64,000 bases of DNA from Bdellovibrionota bacterium (GTDB lineage Bacteria > Bdellovibrionota > Bdellovibrionia > Bdellovibrionales > UBA840). A model generated the notes under the pieces. It was not told where the DNA came from and made no database searches. It was given only the letters and a program-made list of their open reading frames with translations. The DNA lies in NCBI GenBank assembly GCA_036140815.1, contig JAYZXX010000009.1, positions 2,648-66,647 of the forward strand, given 5' to 3'. This document shows, piece after piece, positions 48,168-56,908 of the stretch (position 1 is its first letter; every line of letters begins with the position of its first letter). Position numbers and translations under genes: made by a program.

Positions 48168-48416
48168 GTTGCAGCTGGCTTAAATTTCAAGAAAAACCCA
48201 AATCAATTTAAAAAACTTTTATCCCAACCAATAAAATTGATTTCAATTTGTATAAAAAATAACAGTTTGCATTAGCCGCTGAATCTATTTAAATGCTAGC
48301 TCCGCCCAAAAATGACATTTTTAGTATTTTTTTCATGGATTCTTTGTCTGATTCCATGTTTAATCGCAATGCTTTTGGCACTTAATTTGTATTTAAAGTG
48401 ACTAGCGAGGTAGAAA

Positions 48417-48620
48417 ATGACGAAGAAAAACACTAACTATTTATTGATCGGTTTAGTCGTATACGGACTAAGCTTTCTTCTAGCATGTTCAAAGCCAAGT
48501 ACAGCAGACAATAGAAAGCTAAGCCTTAAACAGGAAAACTGTGCACCTGCTGGCCTAAACCAAGCCAGCAAAGTCCCTCTCATAGAAGAAGCAACTTCCT
48601 GCTCTACAGAAAGCAAATAA
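48417..48620 (+). CDS. Small predicted lipoprotein (67 aa)
   Basis: GAGGT lies upstream of the ATG. Lipobox in LSFLLAC-SKP. Confidence 0.4.
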   Translation: MTKKNTNYLLIGLVVYGLSFLLACSKPSTADNRKLSLKQENCAPAGLNQASKVPLIEEATSCSTESK

Positions 48621-49186
48621 TCTTAGATTTTTTGGTTTCCCCCATTAATACTCATTCACTTTAGAAGCATTTGGATGAGTCCTGAATTAGACTGGAAGCT
48701 AATGAACCTTTCTAAAAAGAATTTTTTCAATTTCAAACGAAGGCCTTATATAGCCTTGTATTCTTACTTAGACCTAGAACAGCAATGACTTCGAGTACAC
48801 TATTTGATTAAAAACTAATGAATTGAGAGCGAAAGAAACTACCTACAATTTGATATGTGCCTTTCTCAAGGAAGTATTTCTATTAATGTTAGTAAGAAGA
48901 TTCTCAGGAAAACACTTAGATTTTTTTATAATAGGGAAACATTTCAATGAATCCGGGCTTCTTCCCCCCTAAGCTTTTCAATAAAAACCGAAATATCCTG
49001 ATCTTTTTAATCTCTAAATATATGTCTACCTATTTTAAGGTACTTACACAAAACTGAGAAAATGACTATTTGATATTAAAAATAACTTACACTGGAAAAC
49101 AATTTTTGTCAGATTGCCCAGCGCTCACTCTCAAATCAAAAATATAAGCACTAGAGCTGGCATTTTCATTGCTTTATATAGATGTA

Positions 49187-49231
49187 TCCCCCCTGTCAAC
49201 TTTGAGGTGGAGGCTATTCCCCCCTGGCAAC
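49187..49231. repeat. Direct repeat of a C6-containing 14-mer (TCCCCCCTGKCAAC)
   Basis: The copies are TCCCCCCTGTCAAC at 49187-49200 and TCCCCCCTGGCAAC at 49218-49231, spaced 31 bp apart. A third TCCCCCCT lies at 48963-48970. On the minus strand the first copy reads GTTGACAGGGGGGA and so contains TTGACA. Confidence 0.5.
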
Positions 49232-49275
49232 CGACGCTACCAATAATATTTGGGCCTCTTAGTTTGACTTTTTAA

Positions 49276-50511
49276 TCAGTAATACTTTTTCTCTAACTGA
49301 TTAATAATCTCACGACAGTCTTTTAGTTTTTTAGGAAAACTAGTCCCACATTGTTTTTTCAAGGCAGTAGGTAAATCTAAAACCTTTGGAGTCCTATTTC
49401 CATTAATGCTTCGAACTTCAAAACTAGAAGACAAAACAAAACGCCAAGCCTGAATATGACTTAATTTTAGTTTTTTAATCAGTTTATGATAGACCTTTCC
49501 CATAAACTGATAAGCAAAATCTCCTTTTTCTTCGAGCCAAAGCTTAGTTTCATTTTCAACCTCGGGAGAATATCGTTCAAACTCTTTTTCAAACTCCGCT
49601 TCATTGTAGCGGTTATTCACCATTCCAGGTAAACGAGTCCCAGCTTCTTTCAAAGGGCTCATCACGATAGAACTAAAAATACTATAGCTTTCAGCAAGCA
49701 TATTGGTTCTACACTCATTCATATAAGAGTCGGTTAATAAGTGGATGTACTCATGAAATATATTGGCTGGAATTAAACTTAAATCCATGGCCACACTTTC
49801 AGAATCTTTTGCGCATGGAATTTCATTTTTTAGCTCAGGAATCCAACAAATGGGTGCAAAGCCTAACTTCCCTCTTTTCCAATTCGGTTTATAAAATAGA
49901 ATTTCAGGCTTTTCTTTAAAACGATACTTATCCGTTTTTTCTAAATACCCACATGTGGTAGTTACGTAATTGTGCATCTTTTCTTTTTCAGAAAATCGAT
50001 TTGTAAAAGAATAGTCTTTTTCCATATTGATTCTGATATCAATAGGATAATGCTTCTCTAATTTTTCTTTTACGTCTTTTGGAAAGTATGGCAACATTTT
50101 TTGTTCAAACATTTCATGGATGTAATTTAAATGAAAATAAACGTTAGAAGCCCTTAGGTTTTCACAATCCAGGGCAATGACATTTTCAGTATCCGCTTCC
50201 AGTATGCGAAAATACTTTCCCACATAGTGAGTTCTGGATTCTAAGTTTTTCAATTCCACTTTTTGTGTAGAATATTTCCAACGAATTTTGTCTTTGGGTT
50301 TAATGCGAGATCCAGGTCTTCGTTGATCTTCCGCTTTAGTGATAAACTTTGTTAATACCACTGCCAATTGAGATTCAGGATCTTCTCCACAGATCTTTTG
50401 AGCGGATCGAATCAATGAATTGTCATCTGGATCAAAACCAGCGAACAAATTTAAACTAAAAATGAATATTAAAAAGGCTTTCCCCATAAGCAGAGGATTA
50501 GCAGCTTTCAT
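49276..50511 (-). CDS. Secreted putative zinc metallopeptidase (HExxH, gluzincin-like)
   Basis: Signal peptide GKAFLIFIFSLNLFA. FHEYIHLLTDSY...MLAESYS has HExxHxxTD plus a Glu 21 residues after the first His, which is thermolysin-like spacing. No further family assignment is possible. Confidence 0.5.
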   Translation of the reverse strand: MKAANPLLMGKAFLIFIFSLNLFAGFDPDDNSLIRSAQKICGEDPESQLAVVLTKFITKAEDQRRPGSRIKPKDKIRWKYSTQKVELKNLESRTHYVGKYFRILEADTENVIALDCENLRASNVYFHLNYIHEMFEQKMLPYFPKDVKEKLEKHYPIDIRINMEKDYSFTNRFSEKEKMHNYVTTTCGYLEKTDKYRFKEKPEILFYKPNWKRGKLGFAPICWIPELKNEIPCAKDSESVAMDLSLIPANIFHEYIHLLTDSYMNECRTNMLAESYSIFSSIVMSPLKEAGTRLPGMVNNRYNEAEFEKEFERYSPEVENETKLWLEEKGDFAYQFMGKVYHKLIKKLKLSHIQAWRFVLSSSFEVRSINGNRTPKVLDLPTALKKQCGTSFPKKLKDCREIINQLEKKYY

Positions 50512-50573
50512 GGAAAAAAGCGATCATTGACGCCAACAATGTTTGTTTTACAGCTTTTTGGCAGTTTTACCCT

Positions 50574-50603
50574 AAAAAAAAGAGAGACTATAATTGTCTC
50601 TCT
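50574..50603 (-). terminator. Rho-independent terminator
   Basis: AGAGAGAC (50581-50588) pairs with GTCTCTCT (50596-50603) around a 7-nt loop. On the minus strand it is followed by T8. Confidence 0.8.
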
Positions 50604-50633
50604 CAATGCTCTAGATAAATATTAAGTGCAAGT

Positions 50634-50996
50634 TTAGTAGTATGCTGGAGTAGTCAAAACGATCAAGGCTGCTAGCCACCACAAAGGGTTAGCCACTAAA
50701 TATCTACGGCGATGATAATGTGAAGCGTTTCCTGTCGGAACAGCTGTTTCCAAAACATGCTCTGGTTTTTCAAAAACCATTTGTCCTTCTTCAGCAGTGA
50801 TCAAACGTAAATCAACAAGTTCAGCAACAAAAGCCTCTTTGTCTTCTACGGCAAACTCGATCTCATCCGTAGTAAAATCACCGGCCAAAGTTTCAACAAA
50901 GCTTTGTGCATCAGATACAACAAACTTTTGATTTGCACTTAAGCTAAGGCTAGAAAGACCTACCACGAACGCTAATAGTAAATTGATTATTTTCAT
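50634..50996 (-). CDS. Small secreted/tail-anchored protein
   Basis: GGGGAGGAG lies upstream of the ATG. Signal peptide MKIINLLLAFVVGLSSLSLSA. C-terminal hydrophobic segment LWWLAALIVLTTPAYY. Confidence 0.45.
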   Translation of the reverse strand: MKIINLLLAFVVGLSSLSLSANQKFVVSDAQSFVETLAGDFTTDEIEFAVEDKEAFVAELVDLRLITAEEGQMVFEKPEHVLETAVPTGNASHYHRRRYLVANPLWWLAALIVLTTPAYY

Positions 50997-51239
50997 AAAA
51001 CTCCTCCCCTTTTTATTTGGATGAGGCCATTTTTAACAAAACTTCTTTCATTCGTGTATTTTTAGGAAGAAATGAAAGCTTTTCCCCGCTTTTAGCCTGA
51101 AGCTTTTACCGAGAGAACATAGCGTTAATCACCACTTTTCTTAACATTGACTGTTTTTTTACCAATTACTCGCTTTTGCAACAAAAAATAGAATAGGAAG
51201 CCAATGGAAAAATGAAAGTATTTTTAAGGCAACACTAAA

Positions 51240-52103
51240 TCAGAAAGCTCTTTGCAGCCCAAAGTGAAAGCCTAGATATCTCTCTTCTTCAAAATAATAT
51301 TTGGGTTCAAACTTTAATAAAAATTTACCCAGAGTGTATGCCCCTCCCCCACTAATACTAGCACCAACTCTAGTTTTACCAATTGGCAAATTGGTGCCAC
51401 TAACATAGAGATCAATGATGCTGTGAGAAGCCATTAAACCAGCTCCAAAATAGGTAAAGAAATTTTTCCCTCGCAAAAGATGCAAAGGCATCATCAAACT
51501 AGCATCGGTCAAAATCACATATCCACTAGATTGACTAGAAATATCCGTATAAATGCTCGGTGTAGAAGTACTAACACCAAAGTTAATATCTAAATTTACA
51601 ACGCCATCAAGCAATGAAAAAGGCGCTGTACGGTTTAGCATTAAAAATAAGCTTTGTGAGCTATAAGTAGCTTCGGTTGAGTCTGAGCCAGAAGTTAACT
51701 TAAATCTATCGGTGAAATTAACCATAGCCAAGCTCAAGCCCCAATAAGACTTTCCACGCACATCTTTCTGAGGTCTTTTGACACGACTGTTGGGCCTAGC
51801 ACCACTTCTTTTCGCAGCTCTAACTTTTCTTCCACCAGGGCCAGAAACAATTCGAATATCGATATCAGAAATATAGCCTATAACACCTTGCCTAAGTTTT
51901 ACCTTATAAAATGGGCCATAGTTTTTATTGGATATTTTTACCAATTTGCCTTTTCGCAAATAACCTAAGACAGGAGCTCCGAAGTCCCCTTTTTTATAAA
52001 CCATGGCCCCGTCAATTATCACTTCTGCTCTCTGCGCAGCAAATACAGATAATGAAATAAAAAAGAAAAGGATGCCTTTAAGTAAAACGGATTTTCCAAA
52101 CAC
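51240..52103 (-). CDS. SH3b-domain plus C-terminal beta-barrel outer-membrane protein (hypothetical)
   Basis: Signal peptide. SH3b-like segment: AEVIIDGAMVYKKGDFGAPVLGYLRKGKLVKISNKNYGPFYKVKLRQGVIGYISDIDI. A basic linker follows. The barrel-like C-terminal half ends ...GLQRAF. Confidence 0.5.
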   Translation of the reverse strand: MFGKSVLLKGILFFFISLSVFAAQRAEVIIDGAMVYKKGDFGAPVLGYLRKGKLVKISNKNYGPFYKVKLRQGVIGYISDIDIRIVSGPGGRKVRAAKRSGARPNSRVKRPQKDVRGKSYWGLSLAMVNFTDRFKLTSGSDSTEATYSSQSLFLMLNRTAPFSLLDGVVNLDINFGVSTSTPSIYTDISSQSSGYVILTDASLMMPLHLLRGKNFFTYFGAGLMASHSIIDLYVSGTNLPIGKTRVGASISGGGAYTLGKFLLKFEPKYYFEEERYLGFHFGLQRAF

Positions 52104-52803
52104 GATAAAGAGCCTCCACGAAGATTTTCATTCCCATTTTGCTCTGCCCACCTCTGCGGTCTTCAAAGCGAATTGGAACTTCCACTAATTTGAATCCTTT
52201 TTTGAGTGTACGATACTTTAGTTCAATTTGAAAACTATAGCCCTCGCTATTGATTTGGTCCAAACCAATGTCCTGTAAAACTTCCTTCCTGTAAGCATTA
52301 AATCCTCCAGTCCAGTCCTTTACTCTGCGCCATAAAATTAATGTGGAGTACAAACTTCCGCCCAAACTAATTAATTTTCTGTACCAGGTCCAATTGGCTA
52401 CACTACCACCTGGGATATAGCGAGAACCCACAACGGCATCACTTGATTCAATTGCATCACTGATTTTTTCTAGGTCTTCTACACGATGTGAAAAATCCGC
52501 GTCCATTTCGATTACTGCATCAAAAGAATTTTCTAATGCCCACTGAAAACCAGCAATATAAGCTCTGCCCAAACCCTGCTTGCCAGGACGATTTAAAATA
52601 TGGAGCTTCCCTGAGAAATCACTGGAAATAAGCTGTTCCACAATTTTTGCTGTTCCGTCTGGAGAATTGTCATCCACAACCAAAACATTTAAATTTTGAT
52701 TTTTGGCAAATATGTCTCTGACGAGAGCCTCAATGTTTTCACACTCGTTGTAAGTGGGAATGATCACTAGTTTTTTCATGTGCCCAAAGTAATTGGAATT
52801 CAC
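52078..52803 (-). CDS. Polyprenol-monophosphomannose synthase-type GT2 glycosyltransferase
   Basis: KLVIIPTYNECENIEALV...VLVVDDNSPDGTAKIV...GKQGLGRAYIAGF...MDADFSH matches the Dpm1/Ppm1 family layout. Confidence 0.85.
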   Translation of the reverse strand: MNSNYFGHMKKLVIIPTYNECENIEALVRDIFAKNQNLNVLVVDDNSPDGTAKIVEQLISSDFSGKLHILNRPGKQGLGRAYIAGFQWALENSFDAVIEMDADFSHRVEDLEKISDAIESSDAVVGSRYIPGGSVANWTWYRKLISLGGSLYSTLILWRRVKDWTGGFNAYRKEVLQDIGLDQINSEGYSFQIELKYRTLKKGFKLVEVPIRFEDRRGGQSKMGMKIFVEALYRVWKIRFT

Positions 52804-52842
52804 CTAAGGGGCAAGTGATACGAAAAATAGAGGAATCAGTGC

Positions 52843-53376
52843 CTAGAAAGGTGGCAGTTGTTTTACGTCTTGATTTTCTAGCAGGCTATTTTCTTGTTCA
52901 TTTAAGCTTGGAGAGTCTAAGCTGCCCAAAGCACCAATAGTTGCAGGGCTTGAAGGTTTTAAAGCCTCACTTAAGGCTTCTTTCTTTTCTTCCAACTCAA
53001 TCTTTCTACGCGCCAATTTGTCGTAACCTTTGTTGCTCAAATAAAACATAGGATCTTTTCGTCTTTGCTCCATAAAACCACTTACCTTTTGGCAAGCTGC
53101 CTGTGGATTTCGACGATATAAAATTGGATCAAAACCACAATAGGGGCAGATGATACCTAGGCGAAATTTAAAATGGGTACCTAGCTCCATCATTATTAAG
53201 CAAACTACAAAGAATGCAATGGCCTCAGGGCGAAAACTTTGCCAGAAAATGAAACTAAAAAGAGTACTTAAAACCAATCCAGTGAAAATCTCCATAAAGG
53301 AAATATGTCTTTTCAAATTCACTTTTCTTTCGTTCTTACAAAAAGCACAGTAACACTTAGACTGGACCTTGGTCAT
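52843..53376 (-). CDS. Membrane protein with split zinc-ribbon-like Cys pairs
   Basis: CYCAFC...two TM segments...CPYCGFDP. The tail is charged. Confidence 0.45.
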   Translation of the reverse strand: MTKVQSKCYCAFCKNERKVNLKRHISFMEIFTGLVLSTLFSFIFWQSFRPEAIAFFVVCLIMMELGTHFKFRLGIICPYCGFDPILYRRNPQAACQKVSGFMEQRRKDPMFYLSNKGYDKLARRKIELEEKKEALSEALKPSSPATIGALGSLDSPSLNEQENSLLENQDVKQLPPF

Positions 53377-53479
53377 ACTTCATCTCCCCTTCCTCTCCTC
53401 TAGTTTAGCAAAGGTTTAGGTTTTTGCAGAATTAAAAATTGGGACTAGGCCTTCGAGCTAGTCGTGTTAGGATAAAGCT

Positions 53480-54151
53480 ATGAAAAGGATTTTTTTAATT
53501 TCAATCATTTGTTTTTTTAGCCAGGGCCTCTTCGGTCAATCTTACAACGACAGTTCTCAAACGGAAGACATTATGGATTATGAATCCATTGTAAGAGAGC
53601 TATCAAAGTCTTCGGGAACAAATCGAGCCAGTGTGTACTCACCAGACCCTCTCGCGGCTGTTCGGTTTCATGTGGGCGTTGGTTTTACAAACTCTTTGAG
53701 CACGGTGGAAGACAGCGAAAGAGGACTTAGCTTACAAGCTCCACTAAAGGGAGTGGCTGCCAGGTTCGGTATCGACTTATTAAGTACAGAATGGCGTGCA
53801 GAAGCCGGAATCACCACTTATGAAACCTATGATGACAAAGAGACTTCTTCTAAAATTGATTTAAAAGAGTTTGACCTATCCATCTTAGGCATCACACCAG
53901 TTAGTCGTTTGTGGGCTTACAAAATCGGAATGGGTCTTAGTGCAAGATACTTAAATGTTGTTCAAGCCGAAGCCGACCTGAAAGAAATAGAATACACCAC
54001 ACCTGCATTGACAATTCAAACTGGTGTAGTTGCAAATGTAGGTCCTAAATTTAGCATAAGCACAGATCTACACTACCGAAAATCTCTAATCCAAGAAACA
54101 GCGGATAAGTCTGCTCTTGATTTTATGGTTCGCCTGGATGGACACTTCTAG
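53480..54151 (+). CDS. Small outer-membrane beta-barrel protein (porin-family-like)
   Basis: Signal peptide MKRIFLISIICFFSQGLFG. Alternating beta-strand pattern. Ends ...VRLDGHF. Confidence 0.5.
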   Translation: MKRIFLISIICFFSQGLFGQSYNDSSQTEDIMDYESIVRELSKSSGTNRASVYSPDPLAAVRFHVGVGFTNSLSTVEDSERGLSLQAPLKGVAARFGIDLLSTEWRAEAGITTYETYDDKETSSKIDLKEFDLSILGITPVSRLWAYKIGMGLSARYLNVVQAEADLKEIEYTTPALTIQTGVVANVGPKFSISTDLHYRKSLIQETADKSALDFMVRLDGHF

Positions 54152-54725
54152 TCTCTATTTTGTGGCTGTGGTTTGTGCCACAGTCTACCTAGGCGCTCTG
54201 CTCATATCTAGCTGGTTTCGAAAAAGCAATAAACCCAGCGGCCCTTTGATTCCCAATCAATTGCTTACTACCTACCCGATCATTTTAATTAAGGATCGAG
54301 CCAGCATTTACTATCCTGGTCACTATTGGAATCATTTGTCCTACTTTCTTCGAGAACATGGTTATGAGATTAAGGAAAAAAGCATGGAAGAAGTAATTTC
54401 TGAAAATATCACCGACGCCCATTTTTTTCTAAACTATTCAGACCTGCAGTATAATTTTGAGTATTTAGAAAAGAACTCTACTCAACTTAAAAGTATTAAT
54501 TATGTTCGCTCTAAAAGTTTCCCTAAAGAGGCTTTAAAGTGCAATGAGGTGGTAATACCTAAAGATATTCACCCAAAAACTCAGGCCTTACTCCTGTTAC
54601 AAAGTTTTCTTTTACCTTTCAGCAAAAAAGACTTCGCAGCTCTTGGATGTTTCCAAGAATTGCCTTATTATCTACAGATAATGAAACACATTAATCACTT
54701 AGCGGAAGAGGATCTAGTTTCTTGA
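54138..54725 (+). CDS. Hypothetical membrane-anchored protein
   Basis: ATG at 54138 overlaps the previous stop by 14 nt. N-terminal TM segment LYFVAVVCATVYLGALLISSWF. The track's TTG at 54117 is an alternative start. Confidence 0.4.
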   Translation: MDTSSLYFVAVVCATVYLGALLISSWFRKSNKPSGPLIPNQLLTTYPIILIKDRASIYYPGHYWNHLSYFLREHGYEIKEKSMEEVISENITDAHFFLNYSDLQYNFEYLEKNSTQLKSINYVRSKSFPKEALKCNEVVIPKDIHPKTQALLLLQSFLLPFSKKDFAALGCFQELPYYLQIMKHINHLAEEDLVS

Positions 54726-55288
54726 ACCAAAGTAGAAAAGACTTTTTAAAAGACAGCTTAATTGGTGGTTTTAACTTCCTACTTAATTTTTTAAAAAATC
54801 CCATTGGCGTCATGAAACAACTCCCCAAAGTCCCCCTCGGAGAACTGATCTTTGTGGGCGGAGCCTTTTTAGCCATCGTTGGCTTTGGTCACGGCGTTGC
54901 CAGTGAAAGCTTTTTCTCAATCCTTTGGGGAATATTCTTGTTTCCTTTTAGCGGCTTGCTTAGTGTGGCCATCGCTAGTTTGTATTTCTACTATGTTAGC
55001 AACTACTTAACAAAAGGCAGCTTTTCTTATGAAGAGTTTTTTATTGCCTGTTACTTCGCTGCAGTCCCTAGTTTTGTATCCTTTATGGTATCGCCATTTT
55101 TACCAGCCATTGGCTTTTTAGGTTTTTTAGTTTCTGCATTTTTAATGAGAATGTCTTTAGTGTATTCTTTTAAAATTGAAAAACCACTGAGCAACAAGAT
55201 CATTTTAAGCTTGTTTGCAGTTGTGATTTTGGGATACTTACTTCAACTCTTGCAAAGCTACCAATTGCATCAAGACCTTTTTAATTAA
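54722..55288 (+). CDS. Polytopic membrane protein (Yip1-like, tentative)
   Basis: There is a 4-nt start/stop overlap with the previous ORF. Four to five hydrophobic helices. The family call is weak. Confidence 0.4.
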   Translation: MNQSRKDFLKDSLIGGFNFLLNFLKNPIGVMKQLPKVPLGELIFVGGAFLAIVGFGHGVASESFFSILWGIFLFPFSGLLSVAIASLYFYYVSNYLTKGSFSYEEFFIACYFAAVPSFVSFMVSPFLPAIGFLGFLVSAFLMRMSLVYSFKIEKPLSNKIILSLFAVVILGYLLQLLQSYQLHQDLFN

Positions 55289-55841
55289 ATACATCAGGCC
55301 CCAATTGCACCCATCTTGTATCATTACAAACCGAAGACTTTCTGTAGCGAGGAATCCAAATCCTAATGTCATCTCCTTGCGCATCAGTCGCGGAACTAGC
55401 TGAAAACAAAAAATCACGACCAACGGAAGTAATTGCATCTCCTCTACAGTCAGACCATTCACCTTCGTTTTCATCTAATAAAAGATAGCTTCCCCAAGCG
55501 TCTGAAGGAACTCCCTCAAACCCAAGACTTCGATATCTCTGTTGCGCCAATAGATTTGGCCAATTAAAATTATAAGCGTAGTCTCCTGCAACCGCTATAC
55601 TACAACGACTACAAAGCGAACCAGAAATTTCAGTGGCTGTCTTATCTTCAACTACTCTTAAAGCAATTATTCCGTTTGCATGTGAAATCAGTTGTGAAAT
55701 AGTCAGCTTAACTCTAGTTCTGTATACAAACTCCTCATAACTTGGAATTGCCAAAGATGATAAAACACCAATGATTGCTACTGCTACAAGTAACTCAACT
55801 AAACTGAAACCATCTTGAGTAAGAGAAAACAAATTCTTCAC
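55281..55841 (-). CDS. Type IV pilin-like protein (prepilin-type N-terminal cleavage/methylation domain)
   Basis: MKNLFSLTQDG|FSLVELLVAVAIIGVLSSLAIPSY carries the class III signal G-F-S-L-V-E. Cys residues in the C-terminal half are consistent with a disulfide-bonded D-region. Confidence 0.75.
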   Translation of the reverse strand: MKNLFSLTQDGFSLVELLVAVAIIGVLSSLAIPSYEEFVYRTRVKLTISQLISHANGIIALRVVEDKTATEISGSLCSRCSIAVAGDYAYNFNWPNLLAQQRYRSLGFEGVPSDAWGSYLLLDENEGEWSDCRGDAITSVGRDFLFSASSATDAQGDDIRIWIPRYRKSSVCNDTRWVQLGPDVFN

Positions 55842-55859
55842 GTTAAACTATTGAAACAT

Positions 55860-56864
55860 CTAAATAGACTTTAGTCCATTCAATAATTTTTGAACAAAAT
55901 AAGGACCTTGAAATATCAATTCAGAATAAATCTGAACCAAAGAAGCCCCTTTATCCAATCGCCACTGAACTTCGTCAGCACTATCCACTCCACCAACACT
56001 AATAATTGGTTTTGTAGACCTAGCCTTTGCAAGCATTAACATCTCGCGACTTCTTAGCCTCAACACACGGCCACTAATCCCGCCAGGCCCTAGATCTTTT
56101 GCCCAGTTTGAATTTGATTTATCAATCGTTGTATTGCACAAAATCAGACCATCAAAGTCACTTTTATTAATATCCATAACCAAAGAATCTAAATCAGAAT
56201 TTTCAAGATCAGCAGCCAACTTTACCAATAATGGTTTTTGAAGAATCTTTTTTAATTCTTCAGCTGTTTTTAATAAAAAGGCAGACTCTTGCAGGTCTCT
56301 TAAACCTGGCGTGTTGGGACTAGAAACATTTACCACAAAATAATCGCCGTGATTTTTCAATCGACTTGCTAGCTTTGTGTAATCACTTAAAGCGTCTTCC
56401 GTTGCCGTTAATTTGTTTTTCCCTAGGTTTACTCCTAGAGGCGCCTTTAGTTTAAAATTAGCTCTGTGAGCTTCTATGTTTTTTGCAAGTGAATCCATCC
56501 CATAGTTATTGAAGCCCATACGATTTAAAATTTGATGAGTTTCTGGATGCCTGAAAAGCCTAGGTTTTGGGTTTCCATCTTGAGCCAAAGGCGTAACAGT
56601 CCCCACTTCAACAAAGCCAAAACCCAGTTGATCCAATAAAGGAACGATCCTCCCATTTTTATCAAAGCCTGCGGCCAAGCCCACAGGATTGGGAAACCTT
56701 AAACCAAAAACTTCCACAGGTTTCACTTCTTTCAAAGAAAAGTTTTTTTGAAATTGAGAAAATAAAAATTTAGAGTTTTGAATTTTTTCGCCCATAAAAA
56801 AAGCAAAATCGTGAGCATTTTCAGGAGACATCAAAAACAAGGATTTTTTCACTAGATCATACAT
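55860..56864 (-). CDS. pyrD: Dihydroorotate dehydrogenase (quinone), class 2
   Basis: N-terminus MYDLVKKSLFLMSPENAHDF. Motifs GLAAGFDKNG and VNVSSPNTPGLRDLQ. Confidence 0.95.
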   Translation of the reverse strand: MYDLVKKSLFLMSPENAHDFAFFMGEKIQNSKFLFSQFQKNFSLKEVKPVEVFGLRFPNPVGLAAGFDKNGRIVPLLDQLGFGFVEVGTVTPLAQDGNPKPRLFRHPETHQILNRMGFNNYGMDSLAKNIEAHRANFKLKAPLGVNLGKNKLTATEDALSDYTKLASRLKNHGDYFVVNVSSPNTPGLRDLQESAFLLKTAEELKKILQKPLLVKLAADLENSDLDSLVMDINKSDFDGLILCNTTIDKSNSNWAKDLGPGGISGRVLRLRSREMLMLAKARSTKPIISVGGVDSADEVQWRLDKGASLVQIYSELIFQGPYFVQKLLNGLKSI

Positions 56865-56908
56865 GTTATCTTGGGTACCAAAACTTGATCGACTTGTCAG
56901 GAGGAAAA

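Noticed and set aside
49218-49240. Possible sigma-54 promoter (TGGCAACCGACGCTA).
   Set aside because: The GG and GC dinucleotides are separated by 8 nt rather than the required 10. The -12 element does not match TTGC.
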